Assembly (NCBI RefSeq): GCF_006345805.1
Contig: NC_043011.1
Location: 60,772,464 to 60,836,463, forward strand
DNA: 64,000 nucleotides
Direction of reading: 5' to 3'
Source of the DNA: Octopus sinensis
Taxonomy: Eukaryota
Both the position numbers and the translations under genes were made by a program. Under the pieces are notes generated by a model. It saw only the letters and a program-made list of their open reading frames with translations. It had not been told where the DNA came from and searched no databases. Positions 39,815 to 52,075 of this stretch are shown here, piece by piece. Each line of letters starts with the position of its first letter. Position 1 is the stretch's first letter.

Positions 39815-40025
39815 AAGGTGGTGAGCTGGGAGAGTCGTTACCACGCCGGCAAAATACTTAGCAGCATTTCGCCTGTGTTAATATTCGGAGTTCAAATTCC
39901 GCCGAGGTCTACTTTGCCTTTCATCCTTTCGGGGTCGATAAACTAAGTACTAGTGAAACACTAGAGTTGGTGTAATCGACTTATCCCTTCCTCCAAAATG
40001 GCTGCCCTTGTGACAAAAATTTGAA
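39815..40025 (+). mobile_element. SINE family B (tail 2)
   Basis: GGTGAGCTGG...GTTCAAATTCCGCCGAGG...CCTTTCATCCTTTCGGGGTCGATAAA...AATTTGAAAT(AAT)n. Confidence 0.8.
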
Positions 40026-40779
40026 ATAATAATAATAATAATTGGTTTCGTTGTTGTTGTTATTGGTTCCTTGTACTAACAAGACGTACTCGAATGCTGT
40101 ACATAAGTTTGCTGTATTGTCTGTATATCTAGAGCGGATTTTATTGTTATTATTCGATGGCCTATTTGGTTCCTTTTTTACTTGTCTCTTTGACGTTTAA
40201 ACTTTGAAGTAATTTTGAACATTTTTGTTTTCGGAAAACAATTGAAAAAGCTGGCGGCACCTTAAACAGCTTTGCCAGTTTGAGCACCGACGAAAATAGC
40301 AACGGATCTCTTATGACACCAACGATAGCAAGGCGCACCACCAAAAACCACTCAAAAGGTCACCCAGTTTTGTTCCCTCCTACGGTTACTGAAATACAGA
40401 CAGAAATACAGCAGGATGTGCCTTTCCTTCCCAAAGGCATTTCCTGGTCTCTAACTCGGAGACTGTGTTACACTCATAAAGTGTTTGGGATACGGTAGCT
40501 ATGGCGACGACGACGACAATGACGACGACGACCACCACCACCACCACTACTGCTTCTAGTCCTACTGCTGTGCCTCCTGCTGCTGCTACTGCTACTACTA
40601 CTACTACTACTACTACTACTAGTACTACTACTTCATTAGTATTTATACACCAAGGCAAAACAATGTAAATGATAACACCTCCAATCAGTTAAGATCAGAA
40701 GCCACGAGAGCCACTGCCTGGTACTGCATCATCATCATCATTATGACTATTATCATTATTATTATTATCATTATTATCA

Positions 40780-40995
40780 AGGCGGCGAGATAGCAGAATC
40801 GTTAAGAAGCCGGGCGAAAATGCTTAGCGGTTCTGTGTCTGCCGCCACGTTCTGAGTTCAAATTCCGCCGAGATCGACTTTACCTTTCATCCTTTCAGGG
40901 TCGATAAATTAAGTACGAGTTGAACAGTGGGGTCGATGTAATCGACTCATCCCCTCCCCCGGAATTGATGCTATTGTGAAAAAATTTGAAATACT
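40780..40995 (+). mobile_element. SINE family B (tail 2)
   Basis: Same blocks as 39815-40025. Confidence 0.8.
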
Positions 40996-41403
40996 AATAA
41001 TTATTATAATCGTTTTCTTCACCAAATATTAAAATCTATTCCGAAAGGTCGTCAGTTTCTGACGGCAGAAGACTTCAAAGAATATTCCCTGCAAGAACTG
41101 TGCACTTTTTCAGGAAGTGCTTTCCAAGATGTGTCTTAAAACTGAGAGAAATATTTGAAAAAATGTCGAAAGAAAAAAGAAAAGAGAAATAAACAAACAA
41201 AAGTAAAAAAAAAGAACATGAAAAGTAAAAAGGAAAACAACGTTAGGAATGGTGAATCAGCTGTGGGAGTCGGGGCTGTTTTGAAGGCGACAAGTCTGAT
41301 TAAAATATAAGGAAAGCAATAAATTTGCTGTTTTTAAAGTTCTGTTTATTTTGGACTAACCACGTATTTGGATAATTTTTCTAAAATGTCGGATGTATGT
41401 GTG

Positions 41404-41495
<92 letters not shown>

Positions 41496-42149
41496 AGTTA
41501 TTTTGAAATCGTAAAAAACATGAAGAAAAATTAGAAATCGTGAGAGACAGTTGGATGGAGTAAGTGGGAACAGAACGGAGAGAAAATTAAATAGATATAT
41601 GAATGGATAAATAAAAGACAAATGGCTACCAAGAGAGTGTGAGAGAGAGAACGACAGAGAAAAAGAGAGAGAAAGAAAGTGAGACAGAACGAAAGAGAGA
41701 GAGAGAGAGAGAGGGGGGAGGCAGGTAGAGTAATCAGACAATACGCTGTATCAAGAGACCAAATGTAAAGAGCAGACGACAATGTCACGTGAGCCAACGT
41801 TCAAGAAAAAAAAAATGAGACGTTATTTTGTTTGTCTCATAATTTTCAGGTATGACTGAGTTGTAATTTCATTTTCAAACATTTTAAGAAAGGAAATGAA
41901 AGAAAAAAAATGTAAAAATAAAGGAAAAAGAAGATAAATTCTGGTCTATTTTTGACAGATAAACTTAGTGACCTCATGGAACAGGTGTATATGCGAATGA
42001 GGTTTCTTTAGGATTTATTTAAGTTATTTTATTTGGACGATTCAAGATGGCCACGAACCAAGTTGTGAAGCTCGTTTTTTTCTAGTTAAGACAAGAGTTG
42101 GGGTTTTGTGGTCGTCTGAATCGGTTGATGAGTGTGTGTGAGTGTGAGC

Positions 42150-42181
<32 letters not shown>

Positions 42182-42214
42182 GTGTGTGTACGTGTGTGTG
42201 TGTATACGTATATA

Positions 42215-42400
42215 TTCTTTTATTCTTTTATTTGTTTTAGTCATTTGACTGCGGTCATACTGGAGCACCGCTTTAGTCGAGCAAATATCGACCCCAGGAC
42301 TTGTTCTTTTTAAGGCTGATACTTATTCTATCGGTCTCCTTTGCCGAACTGCTAAGATACACACCAGTATCGGTTGTCAAGTGATGTTGGGGGGACGAAC

Positions 42401-42447
<47 letters not shown>

Positions 42448-42586
42448 GACGGGCTTCTTTCAGTTTCTGTTTACCAAATCCGAGGCTATAGTAGAAGACA
42501 CATGTTCAAGGTGCCACGCAGTGGGACTGAACCCGGAACCATGTGATTGGTAAGCAAGCTACTTACCACACATCCACTCCTGCGCC
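42215..42586 (-). mobile_element. SINE family A copy
   Basis: Full head-to-tail reverse match with internal (TA)n. Confidence 0.85.
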
Positions 42587-42679
42587 TATATACATCCATA
42601 CATAGATAAAACTTACTTGGAAAAGGATGCGTGGCGTTCGAAGACGGACAGACAGACATGATAGATAGATAGAGATAAA

Positions 42680-42736
42680 TGAGTAACGGAAAGGTACAGG
42701 TGTATAAGGTTGACACCTGTACCTTTCTGTTACTCA
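42680..42736. repeat. 57-nt hairpin, 24-bp stem, 9-nt loop
   Basis: TGAGTAACGGAAAGGTACAGGTGT / ACACCTGTACCTTTCTGTTACTCA; the single deviation is a G-U pair on the + strand. Confidence 0.9.
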
Positions 42737-42979
42737 ATTATATTTTAATCACCTATTTCGGAATCTACCCTTCGTAAATATTATGGATAATATGTTTAAT
42801 ATAAAGTCCATGTCTGAATAGCTCAAGAGCGGACTTCTTCACTCAGCATAGACTGCAAGAATATCATTCGGCCGGTACTTACGTACTAAGTTTTATATTT
42901 ACTTAATATTGTTATGTGTGTATATTCTCTCGACCTTGCGAGGGGGCCTCAGTTTTAGAACCTAATTCAACTGAATCTT

Positions 42980-43034
<55 letters not shown>

Positions 43035-43735
43035 TGTTTGTGTTCATGGATAACTTTATGCACATGCATTTCATGTGAATATGTGGATGTGTGCATATGT
43101 CTGGGCCAAGAAATTCACTTGAGTGGAGGGGATCCCTGGAGCATTCAATATATCTTTCGTGTTTAATACATATCTATGTAACTCTCAGTGTGTGTGTATG
43201 TATGTGTGTGTATGTATGTGTGTGTGTATGTATGTGTGTGTATGTATGTGTGTGTATGTATGTGTGTGTATGTATGTGTGTGTATGTATGTATGTGTGTG
43301 TATGTATGTGTGTGTGTATGTATGTGTGTGTGTGTGTTGTGAGTGTGTGTTGTATTTATCTGCATGTTATTTAGTTTTATTCTTAGATCGCTTGCCAATG
43401 GTGTAAGAGCCGGTTTCTAACCTTGACCCAATTGGAATTTCAACAACATCAACGGGGTATTTGTGTATGTGTGTGTTTATATGTGCAAATATTTGGAGTC
43501 AGTACATGTGCTGATAGGTATGTTCTGTTTTACATAAAGCTGCATATCTAAACATGTGCATATGTATCAGGTTTTAACGAAAGTTCTGTCCGTTTTTCTA
43601 ATTAAAATAAAAATGAAAATGCAGTCAAAAATAGATTTATTTAATCACCAACAGAGTAACCATTCTTTTCAATGACATCTTCCCATCTTTCCGTAAGCTT
43701 TTTGATACACTTTTCATAAAATTCATTTGCTTTGA

Positions 43736-44995
43736 CTAAAAAAAGAAAGAAGAAACTAGCTTCATTTTAAGCTCTTGTCTTGAAGTAAGCCAAAGTCCTG
43801 CAAAATGATTCTGTAAGCTTCCAAAAAGATGGTAATCTGTTAGAGCAAGGTCAAGAGTATATGGTGGGTGAAGCATAATTCCCCAGCCAAATTCTTCTGG
43901 GAGATTCTTAGTCACTCTTGCATTGCGGTGTCTGGCATTATCGTGCTGCGGGACCACTCCTGTTCTGTTTGTCAGCGAAGGCCGTTTTCCATGCAAAACT
44001 GTTTTTAAACGTCTTAGCTGCAAGCAGTAAATTTCAGCTGTTATTCTTTGATTGTCCCCTAACAGTTCATTATAACAATTCCCCTCAAGTCCCTCCATAT
44101 ACCCAAAAGAATCTTCTTTGGATGCAGACCACTTCGAGGCAGTTGGATAGGCTTTGAATTACGGTCGAGCCACTGTCTTTGGCGCTTAACATTATTGTAG
44201 AGAATCCATTTCTCATCTCCAGTAATGATTCTGTCTAAAAAAAGGTGTTTGAAGTTCGCGAGAATGCAATGAGAGACAGCAGTCCACACGTTGTTTGCAA
44301 TTGTTTTCGGACAAATTATGTGGAACCCATCTTCCAGCCTTGGAGACTTTACTAAGCCTTATTATTTCAAGATTGATGGTAATATGGCTCAAATTAAACT
44401 CCTTGCTCAGTTCCTTAGTTGTAATGGATGCATTTTCATCAACAGCAGCTTGCGGAGGCGCAATGGTCCAGTGGTTAGGGCAGCGGACTCGCGGTCGGAG
44501 GATCGTGGTTTCGATTCCCAGACCGGGCGTTGTGTGTGTTTATTAAGCGAAAACACCTAAAGCTCCACGATGCTACGACAGGGGGTGGTGGCGACCCCTG
44601 TTGTATTCTTTCGCTCCAAATTTCTCTCACTCTTTCTTCCTGTTTCTTGTCCCCGACTTCCTACGCAACCGCTGAGCTTGGATGCGAATAGCAAAGGACC
44701 ACGTTTTGGACTTCTCTCACTACAGAAGACCGCTTCGCTCAACATCACCATCATCAACATCAACAGTAGCCTGCAATTCTTTGGGGCGTCCTTTTCTTGC
44801 TTCGTCTTTTAGATCGAAGTCATCCCTTTTGAATCTTGAAACCCGTCTTCTGCATCTCCTTTCATTCACCACATCATTTCCATAAGTGTTTTTGTGTGAT
44901 CTTGCTGCTGGACTTGCTGTGTTGCCCCACTTCTGGAATTCAAGCAGTAAAACATTCTTTATCTGTTCTTTACTTGGAGTTTTCATTTCGGTCAT
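43736..44995 (-). pseudogene. Mariner transposase, disrupted
   Basis: HTH region ...FDLKDEARKGRPKE, WVPHNL, TGDEKW, HDNA and YTLDLALTDYHLF; 34 residues counted between the second and third Asp. Confidence 0.92.
44454..44757 (+). mobile_element. SINE family C (head + M1 + T2) inserted into the transposase, 17-bp TSD
   Basis: Box A TGGTCCAGTGG, box B GGTTTCGATTCCC; flanks CATCAACAGCAGCTTGC (44437-44453) and CATCAACAGTAGCCTGC (44758-44774). Confidence 0.9.
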
Positions 44996-46519
44996 CTGAA
45001 GGAAGAAATAATATTTTAGGGATTTAAATAGCTAGATTCAGAAGCTTGGTCTAATCATGTCTTATAATCCCTAAAAAAAAAAAAAAAAAAAACGGACGGG
45101 ACTTTCTTTACCACCTGATGCTTATAGCTAAACTTTAGGAAAGTTTTTAATATTTTGACAGTTCCATTGATGGTTTGTATCTGTAGTTTTATAACTAGCT
45201 TTCTCCTTTCTGGTTTTGAGGACCTGAATTTCTCAAGATTGGTGCTGAGGCCGTCTGTTACGTATCCTAATGTCCAAGTAATTACAGGTATAAATCTGAA
45301 TATGAAATGCAGGTGGAGTAGCTGTAAATTTCTCAATATTTTTAGTATTAAATTAAACAGCCATCCATACTTGATGCAAGTTCATCATTGGTACACTGAT
45401 GGTAATTTTAATGTAATTCTGTTTCTATGACACACAAAGGATTTTATTCAGCTGGGCGGCTGTTCGCAATATCAGTGAATGTTTTATTCTCTACTTCCTA
45501 TACATCGGAGGCAACAAATCTCATCAGGACATGTGGCATGTGGATGACTGTGAGTACACGCCATTGATAAGGTCCAACTAAGGAAAAAGGCATCTAGCGC
45601 TCGCAACTTGCCTCCGCTCCAACGATTTTCGTCTCCATCCGATATATATTGTGATTTTAAACACAACACGTCCATAAGAAATGTCTTCGCTCCGCATGAA
45701 TGCCACAGTAAATTGTCTCTCAGCGATGTATTTACATGAAGCAAGATACGTAGATAGCTGTCTCGTTTAACATTGTTTTTATTCTATATAATTGGGTGGA
45801 TATATATTACTTACGACACAATTATTACACCAATAAAAACATGTGTATGTGTGCGTGCGTGCGTGTATGTATGTGTGCGTGCGTGCGCGCGCGCGCGCGC
45901 GTGTGTGTATGTGTAGAAAGAGAAACAGGAGAGGGAGAAATAGAAAGAGAATGAAAGAGAGAGAGAGAGAGGAAAATGGAAAAAGCGTAAACAGCCTCAT
46001 AAAGAGTCCCAGTTTTCCAAGTTTTATGTATACTTATAATTTTCTAGTTTCTGTCATATTATCGTTTTTGCTTTCGTTCATTAGACGAGTAAGAGGAATT
46101 CATATCGTACTAATACTTGCACATCTAAATACTTTTTCCCTAAGCCGAATGACCTTCGCAATCGGGATGACAAGCTGTCGGCTGCCAGCTTTGCTATTTG
46201 ACAATAAACATTTTGCTATGATTGGATATTAAATATACATCGCAGATAATAGGAGAATAGTAATAACGATAAAAAGTTTTGATAATATTCCTTATAGAAT
46301 TGCAGACATTATTGAGAAATAACTGACTTCGCTTACAGTCGATTTTACAAACCGATTTTAAGGTTTTATTTACTAACGTTATTACTATTTGACGTAGAAA
46401 AGTATGATGGCTAAGGAGCAAGGTATGTAGGTCACTACATCCTGTGAGGTTGTCTACACCTGGGTCACGCCTTGCTGTGATTGATTGGCAAAAGAAGCGT
46501 ATTGATTTGGTGCGGATGT

Positions 46520-46635
46520 GTGAGAAGAAGCTTGCTTCCCAACCACATGGTGACGGGTTCAGTCCCACTGCGAGGCTCTTTGGGTAAGTTTCTGGATTTT
46601 GTAGACCGAAACTTAAAGAAGACCTTCGTGTATGT
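46520..46635 (+). mobile_element. SINE family A 5' fragment
   Basis: GCTTGCTTCCCAACCACATGG...GGTTCAGTCCCACTGCG. Confidence 0.7.
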
Positions 46636-46644
46636 ATATATATA

Positions 46645-46900
46645 TTAGGTTGGTGCATAATAATAGCGGCTTTTTTTTCAACAAATTTTATCCAACGAAA
46701 AGAATAACAACATGTAACAAAAACATCTTTAAATGATTATTCGGAGTATATTCACCATCTACTTCAATTACTGCCTCCTATTTGCTTGGCAGACGGTCAG
46801 ACTGTCACTGAAAGATGTTTTTGTTAAATATTGCTATTGTTTTGTAGAATGAAATTATTTGAAAAAAAAAAAACCCCGCAATAATTATGCACCAATCCAA
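46645..46900. mobile_element. Mariner-derived non-autonomous element (MITE)
   Basis: TIRs TTAGGTTGGTGCATAATAATAGCGG / CCGCAATAATTATGCACCAATCCAA in TA context. Confidence 0.8.
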
Positions 46901-46984
46901 CATATATATATATATATATATATATGTTATATATATATTTTTTTTTTTGAGAAAAAAGGTCGTCAGAATTTTGGAAAAAATATC

Positions 46985-48720
46985 TTTTTATTTCTTTATA
47001 TGATTCACGTATCCTGTTCTTGACAACAGAACACGATCACACATAACACATGTCCAATATTCCCTGTTAATTAAAGTTCTAATTGTTCCTTTGAGACAGG
47101 CCCTTTGAAGCTCTGAGTGCTGTATCATCTTTCCTTCCCAGGCATTGCGACCAGTCCTCTCCAAACAGTACCTCTCTACTTGTTCCAATCTAGAACACCA
47201 TTTTCCTAATCTTTCTTGTTCATATCTAGTTTCTTCAGCTTTTCCTTCACACAGTCTTTATACCCTTTCCTTGGCTTATGTTGTGATCATTTACCAGAGT
47301 TGAGCTCACCATAAAAAGGACGCTTTGGCAATCGCCCCTCTTTCATTTAAAACATGTCCAGTCCATCTCATTTGAGCCAAGATAGCATGTTGTTCAATTG
47401 AGCTACAACCTTCCATGCGCAAAACTCCTGTATCTGGTATGAAGCACTTTTGATGAAATCTCTCCAGCATTTTATATGATGCTTGTAAGGGGTCGACATC
47501 TCACTCAAATAAAGAAGTGCAGACAATACACACGCTTTATAGACACTGATTTTTGTCTGCAGGGAAATGCCTCTATCCGCCCACACTCACTTTTCCAGCT
47601 TTCCAAATGCATTATTTCCCTTCCCTATTCGATAATATATCTCTGCATTAAGACCACCATCTCTTGACAGTGTGCTTCCATGGTAAACAAAGGTCAACGA
47701 CTTTTAACATTGTTCCATTCACAAAAATGTTTGTTTCAGAATAAGTTTTGTCCTGGTGAGGGAGTAAACATTATTTTGGTTTTAGCCCAGACAGACTAAT
47801 TGTGAGTCCGAAATGTACACATGCAATGGAAAATCTGCCCATTAAATGTTGCACATCCCCCTCTGAATGTGTCAACAAATCAGCATCATCAACAAAGTAA
47901 TTCTCTTACAAGTGATTTGAAAGTTTTTGCTTTGCAGTAAAACCGGGTCGAATTAAAAATGCGACCAGATGTCCGAAATCTGATTCCGATTCCCCTGTTG
48001 CACTCCTTGAAACCATACCAAAGCAATGCAGCAAAATAGAGAAAAGTGTAGGGGCAGGAATATCTCCCTATTTGACATCGTTATCCACCGAAAATTCATG
48101 AGATAATTCACTATTAAAGACTACCTGAGCTTTCATGTTTCTGTGTAGTTCCTTAAAGATGCTCACAAAATGAATTGGGCAACCAAGTTTGCACAAAACA
48201 ATCCACAGTGCCTCCCTGTTTACCATGTCAAATACCTTAGTTAAATCTATGAAGACCTGGTGTAGTGGCATTTGTTCCTCTAAGCATTTCTCTTGAACCT
48301 GCCTCACAGAAAATATCATGTCCGTTGTTCCTCGCTCAGGTCTGAAACCACACTGTTCTTCAGGAATCATATGTGGACACACATTCTCAATGAGACGATC
48401 TAACATGATCCTTCAAAGTATCTTCCCGGTTTGTGCCAGGAGTGTTATCCCTCTAGAATTACCACACATTGCTTTTGGGCCCTTACCCTTGTATGCAGAA
48501 ATTAAAATGCCATTTATTCATTCTTGTGACACAGAAGATTCATTCAAAACTCGAGTCATCAGGCTATGACTATCAGATGAAATATGATCCCCACCTTCTA
48601 TCAGAATTTCAACTGGAATACCTTCCAATCCAGGTGCTTTACTTGATCTCAGTTTACATAATGCCAGATTTTCTTATTCAATGGAAAGTGTATCATTGAT
48701 GCGTTGCACTATCTCGCTTT
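46985..48720 (-). mobile_element. RTE LINE, 5'-truncated and degenerate (RT + C-terminal zinc finger)
   Basis: PEEQCGFRPERGTTDMIFSVRQVQEKCLE...FIDLTKVFDMVNREALW; ISLQTKISVYKACVLSALLY; CVMCDRVLLSRTGYVNH. Confidence 0.9.
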
Positions 48721-48745
48721 GTAGAATATGTATGTATATATACAG

Positions 48746-49060
48746 TGAGGCGAAATGGTCCAGTGGTTAGGGCAGTGGACTGGCGGTTGTAGGATTGCGG
48801 TTTCGATTCCCAGACCGAGCAATGTGAGAGTTAATTGAGCGTAAACACGTAAACCTCCACGAGGATCCGGCAGGGGGTAGGGGCGAACCCTGCTGTACTC
48901 TTTCGCTACAACTTTCTCTCATTCTTTCTTCCTGTTTCTGTAGTGCCTGTATTTCAAAGGACCAGCCTTGTCACACTCTGTGTCAGGTTGAATCTCCCCG
49001 GGAACTACGTTAAAGGTACACGTGTCTGTGGAGTGTTCAGCCACTTGGACGTTAATTTCC
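48746..49060 (+). mobile_element. SINE family C (head + M1 + T1)
   Basis: Head and middle as at 44454; tail shared with 62680-62790. Confidence 0.85.
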
Positions 49061-49064
49061 CGTA

Positions 49065-49475
49065 TACTCTTTTACTTGTTTCAGTCATTTGACTGCGGCC
49101 ATGGTTGATCACCGCCTTTAGTCGAACAAATCAGCCCCAGGACTTATGCGTTGTAAGCCTAGTACTTATTTTATCGGGGTCTTTTGCCGAACCGCTAGCT
49201 TACGGAAATGTCAACACACCAACATTGGCTGTAAAGCGGAACAATTGGAACCCTCGTCGTCGTGACCGACAGAGCGTCACGATACACACACACAAAATAT
49301 ACACATATACAGACACACACGAGAAGCCTCTTTCAGGTTTCTGTTTATGAAATCCACTCACGAGACAGCCAGGGGTTATAGCAGAAGACATTTGCTCGGA
49401 GTGCCACGCAGTGGAACTGAACCCAGAACCATACGGTTGCAAAGCAAGCTTCTTACTACAGATCCACGCCTGCGC
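49065..49475 (-). mobile_element. SINE family A copy
   Basis: Reverse match of tail and head. Confidence 0.8.
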
Positions 49476-49904
49476 TTCCTACAAACAGATAATTCAAGAT
49501 GAAAACTCCTGTCATATCGGATGAATTTCAACTGTGGCGCTTCTCATTGCTTGTGTTAAACATGATCAACACTAGAGCTCCGTGACGCGTGCGCACACTG
49601 ATATTTACACACACGCACACGCACACACACACATACACACACACACACACAGTCTTATAAATCATAAACTATGTGAAGAACAACACTTGACTAACGTGAC
49701 GGAAGTTTTCTTTTAGGCTGTCTAAGAATCTAACAATTTTTTCTCTCTTAAGAGATGTGCTACTTTTAGCACCAATATACCTACACACATTCAAGCATGT
49801 ATACATATAAACATACATATATACAAATATAGATACATACTTACATATAAACATACATATATACAAATATAGATACATACTTACATACATTCAATCATAT
49901 ACTA

Positions 49905-50228
49905 CTTATTTCAGTCATTTGACTGTAGCCATGCTGGAGCACCGCCTTTAGTCGAAACAAATCGACCCCAGGACTTATTCTTTGTAAGCCCAGTACTTAT
50001 TCTATCCAAACGTAAACACACCAGCATTGATCGTCAAGCGGTGGTGGGGTGACAAACACAGACACACACAGACGTATATATATATATATATATACACACA
50101 CATAATGGTCTTCTTTCAGTTTCCATCTGCCAAATCCACTCACAAGGCTTTCTTTGGTCGAGCCGAGGCTATAGTAGGAGACACTTGCCCAAAGCACCAC
50201 GCAGTGGGATTGAACCCGGCACCATGTG
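49905..50228 (-). mobile_element. SINE family A copy
   Basis: Reverse match; head truncated. Confidence 0.8.
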
Positions 50229-50734
50229 GGACAAAGTGGGATCTTGTTTGAAAACCACTGATGATGACTAATTGCTCTTTTTCAGCAAACACAATTCATC
50301 GTTCAAAGATTAAGTTTCATTCCGGACATGGCCTTTCCTTTCTTCAATTTCAGAAGATTCGAGACGGAGGTGTCGCTTGATTTTTAACTGCTCCATTAAT
50401 ATCTCTCTTCTATGATACATTATATGTTGATTGCTATGGGTGACTGTTGTCACAAAAGCAAAACGCTTAATGAAAACTTCCATAATAGAATGATGGCATG
50501 ATTCAACGTGGGTGGTAAGCTCTTTGAACGTCTGCTGGAAGAAGCGGCCAGCATGGCTACATTAGTGCGAAAGAGAATAGGTGACTAGCAGGATTCAAAA
50601 GCCATATCCGTCTTGCTCATGTTTCAGAGATGAAACAAACGACAGTTTTACTTGAAATCGTCTGTAGTCATTATGTATAAACGCGCGCGCAGGTGTATGT
50701 GTGTGAGTGTATGTGTGCAAAAAAAAAAAATATA

Positions 50735-50785
50735 TATATGTATGTGTGTTTCTCTCTCTCACACTCTCTATATATATATATGCAT

Positions 50786-50830
<45 letters not shown>

Positions 50831-51660
50831 ACATATATTATATACATATATATATATACATATATATATATACATATATATATATACATATATATATATG
50901 TACATATATATATATACATATATTATATATACATATATATATATGTACATATATATATACATATATATATATACATATATATATATGTACATATATATAT
51001 ATACATTATATATATACATATATATATACATATATATATATACATATATATATATACATATATATATACATATATATATAATACATATATATATATAATA
51101 CATATATATATATACATATTTATATACTCTAATATATACATATATATATACATATATAATACATATATATACCTATATACATATACATATATACATATAC
51201 ATATATACATACATATATACATATATATATACATATATACATACATATACATATTAACATACAATATATACCTATATACATACATATATATATCATCATA
51301 CATATATACATACATATATATATACAATATACTATACATATATACCTATACATATATACATACATATATATCTATATACATACATATATAATTACATATA
51401 TATATATACATATATATATATACATAATATATATATATATATATAATATATATATACATATATATACATATACATATATATACATATACCATATATACAT
51501 ATACATATATATACAATACATATATATACTATATATACATATACATAATATAACATATATATATATATACATATATATATATATCTACATATATATATAT
51601 ATACTATATATATATATATATTAATGTACATATATTAATATATATACATATATATATATA
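50735..51660. repeat. (TA)n/(TATAC) array without a LINE insertion
   Basis: Direct inspection. Confidence 0.95.
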
Positions 51661-51662
51661 AA

Positions 51663-51845
51663 GGCGCAGGGGTGTCTGTGCGGTGAGTAGTTTTCTTCCC
51701 AACCACATGGTTCCGGGTTCAGTCCCACTGCGAGGCACCTTGGGCAAGTGTATTCAACTATACCTTAGGGCCGACCAAAGCCGTCGGACCAAACTGAAAC
51801 GCCCGCCAGCACCCGTCTGTGGTTGCGGAACTGAAAGAAGCCCGC
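51663..51845 (+). mobile_element. SINE family A 5' half
   Basis: GGCGCAGGGGTGTCTGTGCGGTGAG...GGCACCTTGGGCAAGTG. Confidence 0.8.
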
Positions 51846-51940
51846 CAGCTCCCTTGTGTGACCCTTCTGTCCGGCCTTCACCATGATAGATCGCTAGCCA
51901 CTACGCAGTTTTTATTTTCTCTCTTTGTTTCTTTCTGTTC

Positions 51941-51976
51941 CTTTCTGTGGAGGAGCATAGGCTCGAAACGTTAAAG
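51941..51976 (+). ncRNA. Minimal type I hammerhead-like motif (Penelope type), A6U variant
   Basis: CUUU-CUGUGGA-G-GAGC(AUAG)GCUC-GAA-ACGU-U-AAAG: stems I and II pair, palindromic ACGU stem III; one invariant core base altered. Confidence 0.4.
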
Positions 51977-52032
51977 AATGATTCACTTCCCGAGCGTTAA
52001 ACTAATACATCTGTTTGCTGTCTATACCACCT

Positions 52033-52075
<43 letters not shown>

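Larger units (their letters stand above)
43565..45120. mobile_element. Mariner (DD34D) transposon fossil with ~30-bp TIRs, interrupted by a SINE
   Basis: Left TATCAGGTTTTAACGAAAGTTCTGTCCGTTTT vs right (reverse complement) CATCAGGTGGTAAAGAAAGTCCCGTCCGTTTT. About 1.25 kb after removing the SINE. Confidence 0.9.

Noticed and set aside
44454-44530. tRNA gene (also heads at 405-560 and 48746)
   Set aside because: Box A/B are present, but there is no acceptor-stem closure, the anticodon stems are broken, and the heads continue into SINE bodies.
45855-45910. (GC)n/(GT)n Z-DNA-prone tract as a special element
   Set aside because: An ordinary microsatellite of a type common throughout the window.
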